From NCBI RefSeq assembly GCF_048403405.1, contig NZ_CP183129.1: a stretch of 64,000 nt of DNA; one strand, given 5' to 3'. Every line of letters starts with the position of its first letter. The first letter of the stretch is position 1. The notes under the pieces were generated by a model that made no database searches, was not told where the DNA came from, and saw only the letters and a program-made list of their open reading frames with translations. Both the position numbers and the translations under genes were made by a program. The DNA comes from Escherichia coli (lineage in GTDB: Bacteria; Pseudomonadota; Gammaproteobacteria; Enterobacterales; Enterobacteriaceae). Of this stretch, positions 1 through 9,166 are shown piece after piece.

Positions 1-366
1 TATGCCCTGCGTGATTCCGGATATCGTCTGTGCACGTCCGATGGACAGGCGAACCACCTTTATCGTTTGCCGTTACCCGCTGTTCATTATCAGATGGGAT
101 CGATCCGCCTGAATGTGGCGTTACAGATCCTTGTCGGTCCGGCCTGGCAGTTGTGGGTGGATGATGTGCAACGGGAAGTGTGTTACCGACTTCGTCCGGA
201 ATACACGCCATCTGCGCCGGATGCAGGAATGAGCGGCGCTTCATCCGTCTCTGTGGTCACCCCACTTTCTGCGGGCAGTACGCCATTACCGGTGCCACCG
301 GTGCTTAACACTTCCACTGGTCATACCGATGTGAATAAGGTTCATCGCGGAGGGTGGCTGAAATGA
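1..366 (+). CDS. ICE protein, C-terminal fragment (5' end outside window)
   Basis: Reading frame is open from position 1 through the stop at 366; the 67..366 ORF in the track is its in-frame tail. Confidence 0.4.
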   Translation, partial: YALRDSGYRLCTSDGQANHLYRLPLPAVHYQMGSIRLNVALQILVGPAWQLWVDDVQREVCYRLRPEYTPSAPDAGMSGASSVSVVTPLSAGSTPLPVPPVLNTSTGHTDVNKVHRGGWLK

Positions 367-1103
367 CTCATTCTGAAGAATTGTCCGTAACCCCATTACA
401 TAAAAAAATTTACCGGGGGGTGATTGTGACGGGCGTGGTCGCCTGTGCTCTGGTGGCCGGTATCCCGCTGTTTATCCACAGTAATGTTATCAGTTCACAC
501 TCAGAGGCTCTGTCACAACTCGGACAACGATTACAGGCGATTGAGATGAAGATGGCTGACTCTGTCACGGATGACCGGATGAATGCGCAACTGGACGTGC
601 TCCGTCAGGGGCTGACGACGCTAAAACAGGATGTGGCATCACAGCGCGACACCCTCAGAACGGTGACAGCACAGCTGGCGGTGGCCGGCAAACCGGATGA
701 ACAGATCGCCGTACTGTCTGACGGGCTGGAAAAACGGCTGGCACAACTGGAAACCCGCCAGGCACAGTGGGCACTGGCGTTACATCAGTTGCAGGAACAG
801 CGTCAGCCGGAACAAAAAACGGTCAATCCCCCGGTTGTCAGGGCAAAACCCGCCACGCCGGAAACTTCCCGTCTCGGGGCTTCTGTCCGTCCATCCCGGA
901 CCGTGCCGTTTCAGTTAACCGCGATTGAACAGCGGGGCGGTCGTCTTCTTGCCGCACTGGCTCCTGCGGATATTCGTCAGCTGGGGCAGGTACAGTTACT
1001 GCCGGTAGGCGGACGTTATCAGGGCTGGGAAATGACCGACATTCAGACTGATCGTGTGACATTACGTTATCAGGGGCGCACAGTGACGTTGCGCCTGCCA
1101 TAA
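354..1103 (+). CDS. hypothetical ICE membrane protein
   Basis: 249-aa ORF with N-terminal hydrophobic segment, coiled-coil-like middle; co-oriented with the transfer block. Confidence 0.5.
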   Translation: MAEMTHSEELSVTPLHKKIYRGVIVTGVVACALVAGIPLFIHSNVISSHSEALSQLGQRLQAIEMKMADSVTDDRMNAQLDVLRQGLTTLKQDVASQRDTLRTVTAQLAVAGKPDEQIAVLSDGLEKRLAQLETRQAQWALALHQLQEQRQPEQKTVNPPVVRAKPATPETSRLGASVRPSRTVPFQLTAIEQRGGRLLAALAPADIRQLGQVQLLPVGGRYQGWEMTDIQTDRVTLRYQGRTVTLRLP

Positions 1104-1116
1104 AAGGAATGCCGTG

Positions 1117-1851
1117 ATGAAAAACATAAGATGCGTGGTTTTACTGGGTGGGTGTCTGATGTCCGCACCGCTGACAGCTGCACAGTCTGTTTCCGGGGCA
1201 ACCCGACCGGTTCAGATTGAGGCGGGGAAATCGGCTGAGAGTCAGACACAGTCATTGCAGTATGAGGCGCAGGAATGGGGACTGAGTGCGGAGGAGTATG
1301 CCCGTTTTGAGGCGCTGATGAAAGGGCGGCGCGGTATTCAGTCTCCCGGACTGGATCCCCTGACGACATTGGGTATTGAGGCCCGGTCAGACGAAGAGCG
1401 CCGCCGGCTGGCTGAAAAGTGGGTACAGCAGGAATTTGCCAGGGCAGAAAAAGAGCTGGCGTTTCAGCGGGAAGTAGATGCTGCCTGGAAGCGGCTCTAT
1501 GGTCAGGTATTACCGGTCAGTCTGGGAACATTCGGCAGGATGGAACAGGGAACAGCGCAGCGCCGGCAGGCACTGTTTGTGCAGGCGGAAAATTGTAGCG
1601 CGTGTGATGCCCGTCTGGCTACTCTGCTGGCCGGCAAACAGCCGTTTGATATTTATGTGCTGGGGACAAAGGGGGATGATAACCGCCTGAGGGCTTGGGC
1701 CAGACAAAAAAATATCCCGGCAGAGCGCGTCAGAAAGCGGGAAATTACGTTAAATCATGATGGCGGTCTCTCGCTTCAGTACGGACTGACCACCACACCG
1801 GTGGTGATGCAACAGTTACCGGATGGGCGGTGGCGTCCGCTCACACCTTAA
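1117..1851 (+). CDS. secreted thioredoxin-fold-like ICE protein (CxxC motif)
   Basis: Signal peptide-like N-terminus, CSAC motif; RBS aaaaggaa upstream of ATG 1117. Confidence 0.5.
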   Translation: MKNIRCVVLLGGCLMSAPLTAAQSVSGATRPVQIEAGKSAESQTQSLQYEAQEWGLSAEEYARFEALMKGRRGIQSPGLDPLTTLGIEARSDEERRRLAEKWVQQEFARAEKELAFQREVDAAWKRLYGQVLPVSLGTFGRMEQGTAQRRQALFVQAENCSACDARLATLLAGKQPFDIYVLGTKGDDNRLRAWARQKNIPAERVRKREITLNHDGGLSLQYGLTTTPVVMQQLPDGRWRPLTP

Positions 1852-1863
1852 TCCGGAGGCGTG

Positions 1864-2502
1864 ATGCGTAAAAATTCCCTGCTCACTCTTGTCCTGCTGC
1901 TGTTTTCCGTGCCGTTACCGGCTCGGGAGGTGCCGCCGGGCTACCGTGAGGTGGCCCGGCAGGAGAATGTACCAGCAGAAGCCCTGTATTCCCTGGCACT
2001 GACGGAGTCATCCTGGACATTACCGGCACATCACCCGCAGGCCGGTGAAATCCATCCCTGGCCGTGGACGCTGAATGTGGCTGGTAAAGGATACCGTTAT
2101 CCGACACGGCAGGCCGCCTGGCAGGCTTTACAGTCGTTTTTACAGACGACATCCCCCAGACGTATTGATGTGGGGATTGCACAGGTGAACTGGGGCTGGA
2201 ACGGGCATCACTTCCGTTCCGCCTGGGAGGCCTTTGATCCTTATACCAATTTGCATGTGGCCGCCCGCATCCTGCGCCGCTGTTATGAGGCGTCACCGGG
2301 TAGTTGGATCCGTGCCGCCGGCTGTTATCACCATCCGGCGGGCGGTCAGCCCGCAGTACGCTATAAAAATAGTGTCCGGCGTCAGCTGGCGACACTGACG
2401 GGCGGTACACAACCCGTTCCCGCTCATTTACCGGCAGTCAGTACAGATCGGGCTGTATCGTTTGTGTGGATAGAACCGGAGAACAAAACCGATGCGAAAT
2501 AA
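1864..2502 (+). CDS. putative lytic transglycosylase-like ICE protein
   Basis: Signal peptide, LALTESSW-type segment reminiscent of transglycosylase catalytic region; position typical for ICE transfer modules. Confidence 0.45.
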   Translation: MRKNSLLTLVLLLFSVPLPAREVPPGYREVARQENVPAEALYSLALTESSWTLPAHHPQAGEIHPWPWTLNVAGKGYRYPTRQAAWQALQSFLQTTSPRRIDVGIAQVNWGWNGHHFRSAWEAFDPYTNLHVAARILRRCYEASPGSWIRAAGCYHHPAGGQPAVRYKNSVRRQLATLTGGTQPVPAHLPAVSTDRAVSFVWIEPENKTDAK

Positions 2503-3046
2503 TCCTGAAGAAAAGACAACGCGAGCCTTTTATCCCCTGCCCGTCTTGGGGATGCTGCTGTTTTGCGCAGCCGGCGGCAGTCAGGCGGCATTAACGGTGG
2601 TGGCGGATTATGGCGGGCAACCGGCAGCACCTTTTTATGACGCGATAAATAATGCCCCGAATGAATGGACAGCAAAGCCGGCGTCCCGCCCTCTGCCGTC
2701 CGTGATGGCCCCGTCAATGGTGTTGCCGGTTGAGACACCGGAAATGACGCCGGGGGAGGTGGATGACCGCGTCCTGCATTTACCGGGGATTGGGGCACTG
2801 TATCTGGTGGGGGATGATCCGTTATCCCGGGCATGGCTCACACAGCACGCAGCCCAGCTGAATGCAATGAATGCGGCCGGGATGGTGGTGAATGTGAAAT
2901 CGGAAACCGGGTTACAGGCGCTTCAGGCGCTGGCTCAGGGAGGACTGCTCTCCCCAGCTTCTGGCACCGATTTAGCTCACCGTCTTCAGTTATCACATTA
3001 CCCAGTTCTGATCACGGAAACCGGGTTGACCCAGCAGGTGAAGTAA
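2492..3046 (+). CDS. conserved ICE protein (PFL_4695-like family, tentative)
   Basis: 184-aa secreted protein overlapping the previous gene stop; family assignment from memory only. Confidence 0.4.
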   Translation: MRNNPEEKTTRAFYPLPVLGMLLFCAAGGSQAALTVVADYGGQPAAPFYDAINNAPNEWTAKPASRPLPSVMAPSMVLPVETPEMTPGEVDDRVLHLPGIGALYLVGDDPLSRAWLTQHAAQLNAMNAAGMVVNVKSETGLQALQALAQGGLLSPASGTDLAHRLQLSHYPVLITETGLTQQVK

Positions 3047-3239
3047 TGTTACCGCCGATATGGCCTTCAGATGGGGTTGACTCCCCGGCATTCTGGTTGG
3101 CCGTGCTGATGTGGTGCGTGTTCTTTGTTGTGATGAGACTCCTGGGGAAAAAAAACCGTCCTGCCCGCCGTCATCGTCACTGTCACGGGAAAGAATCGCG
3201 TGTACCGGAAAAAGAAAATCCGTCAGATCCTCCCTGGGG

Positions 3240-3383
3240 TTGAGTGCAGTGAGCACATTGTTTTCCGGACGTGTCGGTGAATTTTCAAACAGTGTTTCCA
3301 GTGGAAACGCTGGATGATTTTTGAACACTGTTTCCACTGGAAACACCGGTGAATTTTTAAACACTGTTTTCCGGGGTAACACC
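3240..3383. promoter_or_regulatory. Array of about four 36-bp tandem units containing GTTTCC-N3-GGAAAC palindromes, upstream of traD; candidate operator array or oriT
   Basis: gtttccagtggaaac at 3294-3308 and gtttccactggaaac at 3330-3344, flanked by degenerate copies (ttttccggacgtg, ttttccggggtaac); related copy at 29781-29854. Confidence 0.55.
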
Positions 3384-3401
3384 AAAAAAGAGTTTGAGAG
3401 A

Positions 3402-5549
3402 ATGAGTGATCGTTATGTGATAGAGGCCTGGCTGCGACCGGCGGTGGAATTGAACAGTGCTCTGGTGTCCGGCGGGGCGGCGTTTGTGTGTGCGGTAGCG
3501 CCCTGGGCAGTGGCATTGTCTCCGTCCGTGAGTTATGTCACCGCCGGTGCGTTTGCCGGTTTTTCCGCATTGCGGGCACATCAGGGATTCCGGGTATTAC
3601 GTTACCGCCGGAATCTCCGGCGTCTGCCCCGCTATCAGGTGACGTCGGCACAGGTGCCGGTCAGCCGGCAGCGTCTGTTTCTGGGAAAAGGGTTTCAGTG
3701 GCAGCAAAAACACACGCAACGCCTGCTGGAAACCCAGCGTCCGGAAGTGGAGCGGTATGTTCAGCCGCCGGCACATTACCGGCTGGCCCGGCAGTTTGAA
3801 CTCCGTTTTGAATCCCGTTTTCCGGCGGTTTGCCGGCTTTTGCAAAAAGACAGTTGGCTGAATCCGGTCCGCCCGCTGACGCCGGTGGGGGGGAATCCGG
3901 TGTTACACGGTGTGGAGCCGGATGAGGTGAATGTGACCATGGATTTGCGTGAACGGGTTGGTCATATGCTGGTACTGGGGACCACCCGTGTCGGCAAAAC
4001 CCGTCTGGCGGAAGTGCTGATCACTCAGGATATCCGCCGGGGGAATATCACGATTGTTTTTGATCCGAAAGGGGATGCGGATTTATTGCGCCGGATGTGG
4101 GCGGAAGCGCATCGTGCGGGGCGCAGTGAGGAGTTTTATGTTTTTCACTTGGGCTGGCCTGATATCAGTGCCCGTTATAACGCCATCGGGCGTTTTGGCC
4201 GAGTATCGGAAGTCGCGGGGCGGGTTGCCGGCCAGTTATCCGGGGAAGGGAACAGCGCGGCGTTCCGGGAGTTTGCCTGGCGGTTTGTTAATATCATTGC
4301 CCGGGCACTGGTTGCTCTGGGGGAGCGTCCGGATTATGCCAAAATTTTACGTTATGTCACCAATATCGGGGAACTCTATCAGACATATTCGATGCAGGTG
4401 ATTAAAGCACAACTACCTGATTTGTTTGCCCAAATCGAGAATGCGCAGAACGCGCTGACGGTCGAGGATGTGCCCCGTCATCTGCAAAGTGATCCGAAAG
4501 CTGTGGCTATCTGGGCAACGGAGCTGGCGTTAAGTAGTGAGAAAGGGAAAAAAATCTATGATCCGATTTTGGACGGGCTGCGCAGTGCGATCCGTTATGA
4601 CCGGACCTATTTTGATAAAATAGTGGCTTCTCTGCTGCCGTTACTGGAAAAACTGACTACCGGAAAAACTGCCGCCCTGTTGTCGCCGGATTACACCAAT
4701 ATGCAGGATCCCCGTCCGATTTTTGACTGGCAGCAGGTGATTCGGAAAAAAGGGATTGTATATGTCGGGCTGGATGCGTTATCGGATGCGGAAGTGGCGG
4801 CAGCGGTGGGGAATTCCATGTTTGCGGATTTGGTCTCGGTAGCCGGGCATATTTATAAATTCGGGACTCAGGATGGACTGCCGGAGGATGAGCACGCCGG
4901 AAAATTACCGATCAGCCTGCATTGCGATGAATTTAATGAACTGATGGGGGATGAATTTATTCCGTTACTGAACAAGAGCGGCGGCGCGGGGATTGAAGTG
5001 ACGGCCTACACACAGACCTGGTCTGATATTGAAGCCCGGCTGGGGAATGCGGCGAAATCGGCGCAGGTCACCGGTAACTTTAATACGCTGGTGATGTTGC
5101 GTGTCCGTGAACTGATGACCGCGAAATTACTGACGGAACAGTTACCGGAAGTGGATATTTACACCAAAACCCTGGTATCCGGGATCACCGATATTTCCAA
5201 TCCGAGGCAGGGGAGTGATTTTACCTCCAATACCCAGGACAGGGTCAGTATGGTGGCTAAACCGCTGCTGTTACCGGCAGATATTATTCAGTTACCGAAA
5301 GGACAGGCGTTTGCGCTGCTGGAAGGCGGGAAGTTATGGAAAATCAGGATGCCCCTGCCGGCGGCAGAGGCTGATGCCCTGATGCCACCGGATTTACAAA
5401 AAATCGCACAGTATATGGAGAAAAATTACCGTACCGGCGAAACTTGGTGGACTGCGTCATCATTTTCGGATGCGCGGTATGACAGCGGCGGTATGAATGT
5501 GGCTGAGATGGCACCGGATACCGAAGGGGGCAACGATGGCAACTGCTGA
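3402..5549 (+). CDS. traD: conjugative coupling protein TraD-like (VirD4 family ATPase)
   Basis: Walker A GTTRVGKT, N-terminal TM segments, about 715 aa; start placed at MSDRYV after the repeat array with a gagag RBS. Confidence 0.85.
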   Translation: MSDRYVIEAWLRPAVELNSALVSGGAAFVCAVAPWAVALSPSVSYVTAGAFAGFSALRAHQGFRVLRYRRNLRRLPRYQVTSAQVPVSRQRLFLGKGFQWQQKHTQRLLETQRPEVERYVQPPAHYRLARQFELRFESRFPAVCRLLQKDSWLNPVRPLTPVGGNPVLHGVEPDEVNVTMDLRERVGHMLVLGTTRVGKTRLAEVLITQDIRRGNITIVFDPKGDADLLRRMWAEAHRAGRSEEFYVFHLGWPDISARYNAIGRFGRVSEVAGRVAGQLSGEGNSAAFREFAWRFVNIIARALVALGERPDYAKILRYVTNIGELYQTYSMQVIKAQLPDLFAQIENAQNALTVEDVPRHLQSDPKAVAIWATELALSSEKGKKIYDPILDGLRSAIRYDRTYFDKIVASLLPLLEKLTTGKTAALLSPDYTNMQDPRPIFDWQQVIRKKGIVYVGLDALSDAEVAAAVGNSMFADLVSVAGHIYKFGTQDGLPEDEHAGKLPISLHCDEFNELMGDEFIPLLNKSGGAGIEVTAYTQTWSDIEARLGNAAKSAQVTGNFNTLVMLRVRELMTAKLLTEQLPEVDIYTKTLVSGITDISNPRQGSDFTSNTQDRVSMVAKPLLLPADIIQLPKGQAFALLEGGKLWKIRMPLPAAEADALMPPDLQKIAQYMEKNYRTGETWWTASSFSDARYDSGGMNVAEMAPDTEGGNDGNC

Positions 5550-6285
5550 GGTACGTCAGGAAACCCCGCGTCACCCGGCAAAAGACCCCGGTTTGCCGGC
5601 TAAATTGTTGTGGCACTGGCCGTGGGCCATCATCGGGGTATTACTGGCCTCCTGGGTATGCAGTCTGTTGATTGAGTGGGTCGGGATTGCGTTTTTCTGG
5701 GCGGACGAAGGGGCGGAGCACAGCCGGCAGGTGATGTTAACCGAGAGCGGGTATCTGTCAGAAGGGTTTACCCGTAGTCTGCTGATGTCCAGTCCGGCGC
5801 AGTGGCTGGCTCATACCGTTGAACAGGCATACCGGTGGCTGTTTGTGGAGTCCGGGCTGATGGAGAGCTGGCAGAACGTGTATCCTGTCAGCGGGAATGC
5901 AGTTGCCCGTGAACTGGATGACTGGCGGATTTGGTTTGTGTCCGAGCTGAGAGACTATCTGCTGGCGACGGTTTATGTGACGCTGACCTTTTTTATCCGG
6001 GTGACTATTCTGGTGCTGTCGATGCCCCTGTTTGTTATGGTGCTGTTGGTGGGCATGGTGGAAGGCTTTAACCGGCGTGATTTGCGGCGTTATGGTGCCG
6101 GGTATGAATCCAGTTTTGTGTATCACCACGCCAAGCGTTTTGTTAAGCCGGCCTTTTTTGTTCCGTGCATGATTTATCTGTCCTGGCCGTCTGCCATTTA
6201 CCCTAATCTGGTGTTGTTACCGGCGGCTCTGTTGTTCGGGCTTGCGGTGGCAGTGGCTACCGCGTCATTTAAAAAATATTTATAG
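5536..6285 (+). CDS. ICE integral membrane protein (PFL_4697-like)
   Basis: Multi-TM 250-aa ORF overlapping traD stop; start at MATAEV. Confidence 0.55.
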   Translation: MATAEVRQETPRHPAKDPGLPAKLLWHWPWAIIGVLLASWVCSLLIEWVGIAFFWADEGAEHSRQVMLTESGYLSEGFTRSLLMSSPAQWLAHTVEQAYRWLFVESGLMESWQNVYPVSGNAVARELDDWRIWFVSELRDYLLATVYVTLTFFIRVTILVLSMPLFVMVLLVGMVEGFNRRDLRRYGAGYESSFVYHHAKRFVKPAFFVPCMIYLSWPSAIYPNLVLLPAALLFGLAVAVATASFKKYL

Positions 6286-6293
6286 GCGCTGGG

Positions 6294-6328
6294 CAGAGAC
6301 ACACAACACTTGTTTTTGTGTGTCTCTG
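6294..6328. terminator. bidirectional hairpin between convergent genes
   Basis: 12-bp perfect stem cagagacacaca / tgtgtgtctctg with T-rich loop. Confidence 0.5.
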
Positions 6329-6372
6329 TCAGCAGACAAGCGGCTAGGCCGCGCGTCAGTGGTGTGATGGGG

Positions 6373-6981
6373 TTATCCTGCGCTGATTGATGGATTGATG
6401 AGTGTGAGCAGTAAATAAAGTGGCGGGTTGTCTGTCGTGATGAGTTGCCAGCCACATTGTGTCAGCAGTTCAGCTAGTGCGGCGATATCACCTCCGATTT
6501 TTACAGGTAGGTGTGCGGTCTGATGACCGTCAGTATCAAAAGCCTGCTCCAGTGCATTTTTGGATAAACAGATGGTGTTGCTGAGCGTATCCGGGCTCAC
6601 CGCATGTCGTCTGTGCCACGATTTATCACTCAATAACTGATAGGCAAAGCCTGCCTCCTTGGCCGATTCAAGCGCATAAGTGAGCCGGAACAGATCGCTC
6701 TGCTCGTGTAATGCGCCTGTACAGGAGCGGTACAGATAATCCAGTTTTTGTGGCAGTTTGGCCCGGCTCCCCAGTGTACGTCCCTGTTGAAGCAGCCAGT
6801 CAATATCCGGCGTAACGTCACGGTCAAAACGGCGTTGCTTTTTGGCGGTTGCCAGCCAGCGTATTAAAAACAGGTTTTTCTGCATGTCGGACTGCACCAG
6901 CCCCTCCCTGCGGGCCAGATGCAGGGCAACCAGTGCACACCAGGCAAAATGCCCAGTTTTTCGGGTGATGGTCTGACTCAT
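6373..6981 (-). CDS. hypothetical protein, divergent from the pore-gene operon (possible regulator)
   Basis: 202-aa ORF on the opposite strand inside the transfer region, with AT-rich divergent promoter region 6982-7127. Confidence 0.5.
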   Translation of the reverse strand: MSQTITRKTGHFAWCALVALHLARREGLVQSDMQKNLFLIRWLATAKKQRRFDRDVTPDIDWLLQQGRTLGSRAKLPQKLDYLYRSCTGALHEQSDLFRLTYALESAKEAGFAYQLLSDKSWHRRHAVSPDTLSNTICLSKNALEQAFDTDGHQTAHLPVKIGGDIAALAELLTQCGWQLITTDNPPLYLLLTLINPSISAG

Positions 6982-7127
6982 AGGCTCACTTTTATTTATT
7001 CATTTCAGCTATTTTCGCAAAAAGCAAGCAATATAAAATTAAAAAATTTGGAAAACTAATTGTTTGCTGTTTTTTCTATCCGCCTTTTTTACCCTGACTC
7101 CACGTTAACCGTCTTTAAGGAGTCGTT

Positions 7128-7454
7128 ATGCGATTATTTTCTCCGCTTATTTCCCTGTTTGCGTTGGTTGTCAGTGCATTTGGGGTATTGCCTGCTCAGG
7201 CCGCTGAAAAAGATGAACTGGCGCTGACGTTAAAGCAGCTCGATCACATCCAGGCCAGCCTGGAGCGCGCCCGTATTCAGGCAAATCAGGACAATCACGC
7301 CCGTTTTTATTTTGATTATTCCCGCGCCTCCAGAGAGGTGGAGATTATCCGGCAGGGGATTGTCCGCTATCTGGAGCCTTCCCGGGCCCAGCCCACGGTG
7401 CCGGTTAATGTGGCGGAGCCGCTGCGCGGGGATTACCGCCGGGAGCAGCGATGA
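7128..7454 (+). CDS. ICE protein, RAQPRD-like family
   Basis: Signal peptide; SRAQP motif near C-terminus; good RBS aaggag. Confidence 0.55.
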   Translation: MRLFSPLISLFALVVSAFGVLPAQAAEKDELALTLKQLDHIQASLERARIQANQDNHARFYFDYSRASREVEIIRQGIVRYLEPSRAQPTVPVNVAEPLRGDYRREQR

Positions 7455-7690
7455 ATCCGTCACAGCAGGCGGCATTTGAGGCTGCTGCCGGCTCGGGGAT
7501 GTCTCCGGCTGTTCTGAATCTGTTGTGTATCGGGGCATTACTGGCGGTGCTGTTTTTATGGGCAGCCTGGGGACTGGTCGATGTTTACCGGGGCTGGGCA
7601 AATGAAAATGTTCGTACTGCAAGGGTGGGGCAGTTTGCTGTCCGGGCAGTGATATTACTGGTGGTCTGCATCTGGATGTTTGCCAGTTGA
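7451..7690 (+). CDS. small ICE membrane protein (PFL_4701-like)
   Basis: 79 aa, two hydrophobic helices, start overlaps upstream stop. Confidence 0.5.
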   Translation: MNPSQQAAFEAAAGSGMSPAVLNLLCIGALLAVLFLWAAWGLVDVYRGWANENVRTARVGQFAVRAVILLVVCIWMFAS

Positions 7691-7731
7691 GTGTGCTGTT
7701 TAATTTATTTTACAGAATGAAAGGTCATTTT

Positions 7732-8100
7732 ATGGATATGAAATCATTTTGGGGACGTGGTGTCCGTCGTATTGGTGCGTCAGTGGTGACGTTATTCACT
7801 TTATTCAGTCTGATGCCGGCGTATGCCGCACTGCCTTCGGTGGAACCCCCTTCTTCCGGTGGCGGCGGCGGACTGATGGACACCATTAAAGGCTATCTTA
7901 ATGACGGCATTGTGATTGGCGGGCTGGTTGTGGCTGCGACGGCTTTTATCGTGGTGGCCATTGCCGCGGTCACCACGTTCAATGAAGTGCGCGACCAAAA
8001 GGCTGGCTGGGGTAAATTCGGTACAATTATTGTAGTCGGTGTCGTCCTGATTGTGGCGGTCGTCTGGCTGGCCGGAAAATCCGCCACTATTATTTTTTAA
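7732..8100 (+). CDS. ICE membrane protein, pilin-like (TIGR03745-like)
   Basis: Signal peptide, glycine-rich stretch, two C-terminal hydrophobic helices. Confidence 0.55.
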   Translation: MDMKSFWGRGVRRIGASVVTLFTLFSLMPAYAALPSVEPPSSGGGGGLMDTIKGYLNDGIVIGGLVVAATAFIVVAIAAVTTFNEVRDQKAGWGKFGTIIVVGVVLIVAVVWLAGKSATIIF

Positions 8101-8112
8101 GCGGAGGCAACG

Positions 8113-8529
8113 ATGCAGACCATCGATTTTATGCCGGATCGCTTAAATGCAGAGCCCACCGTCTTTCGCGGATTTACCACCCATGAAATGTTTGCCGCCG
8201 CCGGTGTCGGTTGTGTGGGCGGGAGCGTTATCAGTATCCCGCTGTTACCGCTGGCCGGGTGGGTGATCCTGCCGACCGGCGCGTTGATAATGCCGCTGTT
8301 GGTGGTGTTTTTTGGCGGCACTTTTCTGACCCGTATCAAACGCGGAAAACCGGAAAATTATCTCTACCGCCGATTGTCCTGGAAACTGCAAACCGGGTTT
8401 GCCCGCACATTGCCGCTGACCGGACGGCTGACTGAAAAATCCCTCATCACCGTATCTCAGGGCTGGTTTTTACGCCGGACGCAGGCGCTGTCACTGTGCC
8501 GGTATATCGCCGGAGGCCGCCATGAGTAA
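8113..8529 (+). CDS. ICE membrane protein (PFL_4703-like)
   Basis: 138 aa with two TM segments, in operon. Confidence 0.5.
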   Translation: MQTIDFMPDRLNAEPTVFRGFTTHEMFAAAGVGCVGGSVISIPLLPLAGWVILPTGALIMPLLVVFFGGTFLTRIKRGKPENYLYRRLSWKLQTGFARTLPLTGRLTEKSLITVSQGWFLRRTQALSLCRYIAGGRHE

Positions 8530-9166
8530 ATTTCGTCATGCCCTGCAAAACCGGGACCAGCACATTCTGACACTGCGGATGATCTGCGGGGTGCTGGTGC
8601 TCTGCCTGTTTGTGGCCTTTGCCGGCTGGATGCGGGCGCCGGCTAAACTGACGATCCATAATCCGCCGGATTTGCGCTCCGGCAGTACCCGGGCATGGTG
8701 GGAAGTGCCGCTGCCGACGGTGTACGCTTTCAGCTTTTATATTTTTCAGCAACTGAATGCCTGGCCGAAAGACGGCGAGGTGGATTATCCGCGAAAGATT
8801 GCACAGCTCAGTGCCTATCTGACGCCGTCCTGCCGGGCGTATTTTGAGAAAGAGGCCGCTTACCGTACTACGCTCGGGGAGCTGAAAGGGCGTTCCCGGG
8901 TGGTGTATGAGATCCCGGGACGCGGGTTCAGTGAGGATAAAGTCCGGGTGATTGACCGGGATAACTGGATCGTGCGCCTGGATTTGGTAGCGGATGAATA
9001 TTTTAGCGCGGAGCCGGTCAAGCGAGCGACGGTACGTTATCCGGTGAAAGTGGTGCGCTGGGAGGGCGATCCGGAAAGTAATCCGTTTGGTCTGGCCCTG
9101 GACTGCTATGACGGGCTGCCTCAGCGTCTGGAAGCGGCGGAGCAGAATAAGGAGGTCAGTCAATGA
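8522..9166 (+). CDS. ICE protein (PFL_4704-like)
   Basis: 214 aa, N-terminal TM, translationally coupled. Confidence 0.5.
   Translation: MSKFRHALQNRDQHILTLRMICGVLVLCLFVAFAGWMRAPAKLTIHNPPDLRSGSTRAWWEVPLPTVYAFSFYIFQQLNAWPKDGEVDYPRKIAQLSAYLTPSCRAYFEKEAAYRTTLGELKGRSRVVYEIPGRGFSEDKVRVIDRDNWIVRLDLVADEYFSAEPVKRATVRYPVKVVRWEGDPESNPFGLALDCYDGLPQRLEAAEQNKEVSQ

Noticed and set aside
67-366. Stand-alone 99-aa gene starting at 67
   Set aside because: The frame is open from position 1, so this is the tail of a longer gene that starts outside the window.
3321-3401. Upstream start for traD at 3321
   Set aside because: That extension would translate the palindromic repeat array; the ATG at 3402 with an RBS and the conserved MSDRY N-terminus is more plausible.
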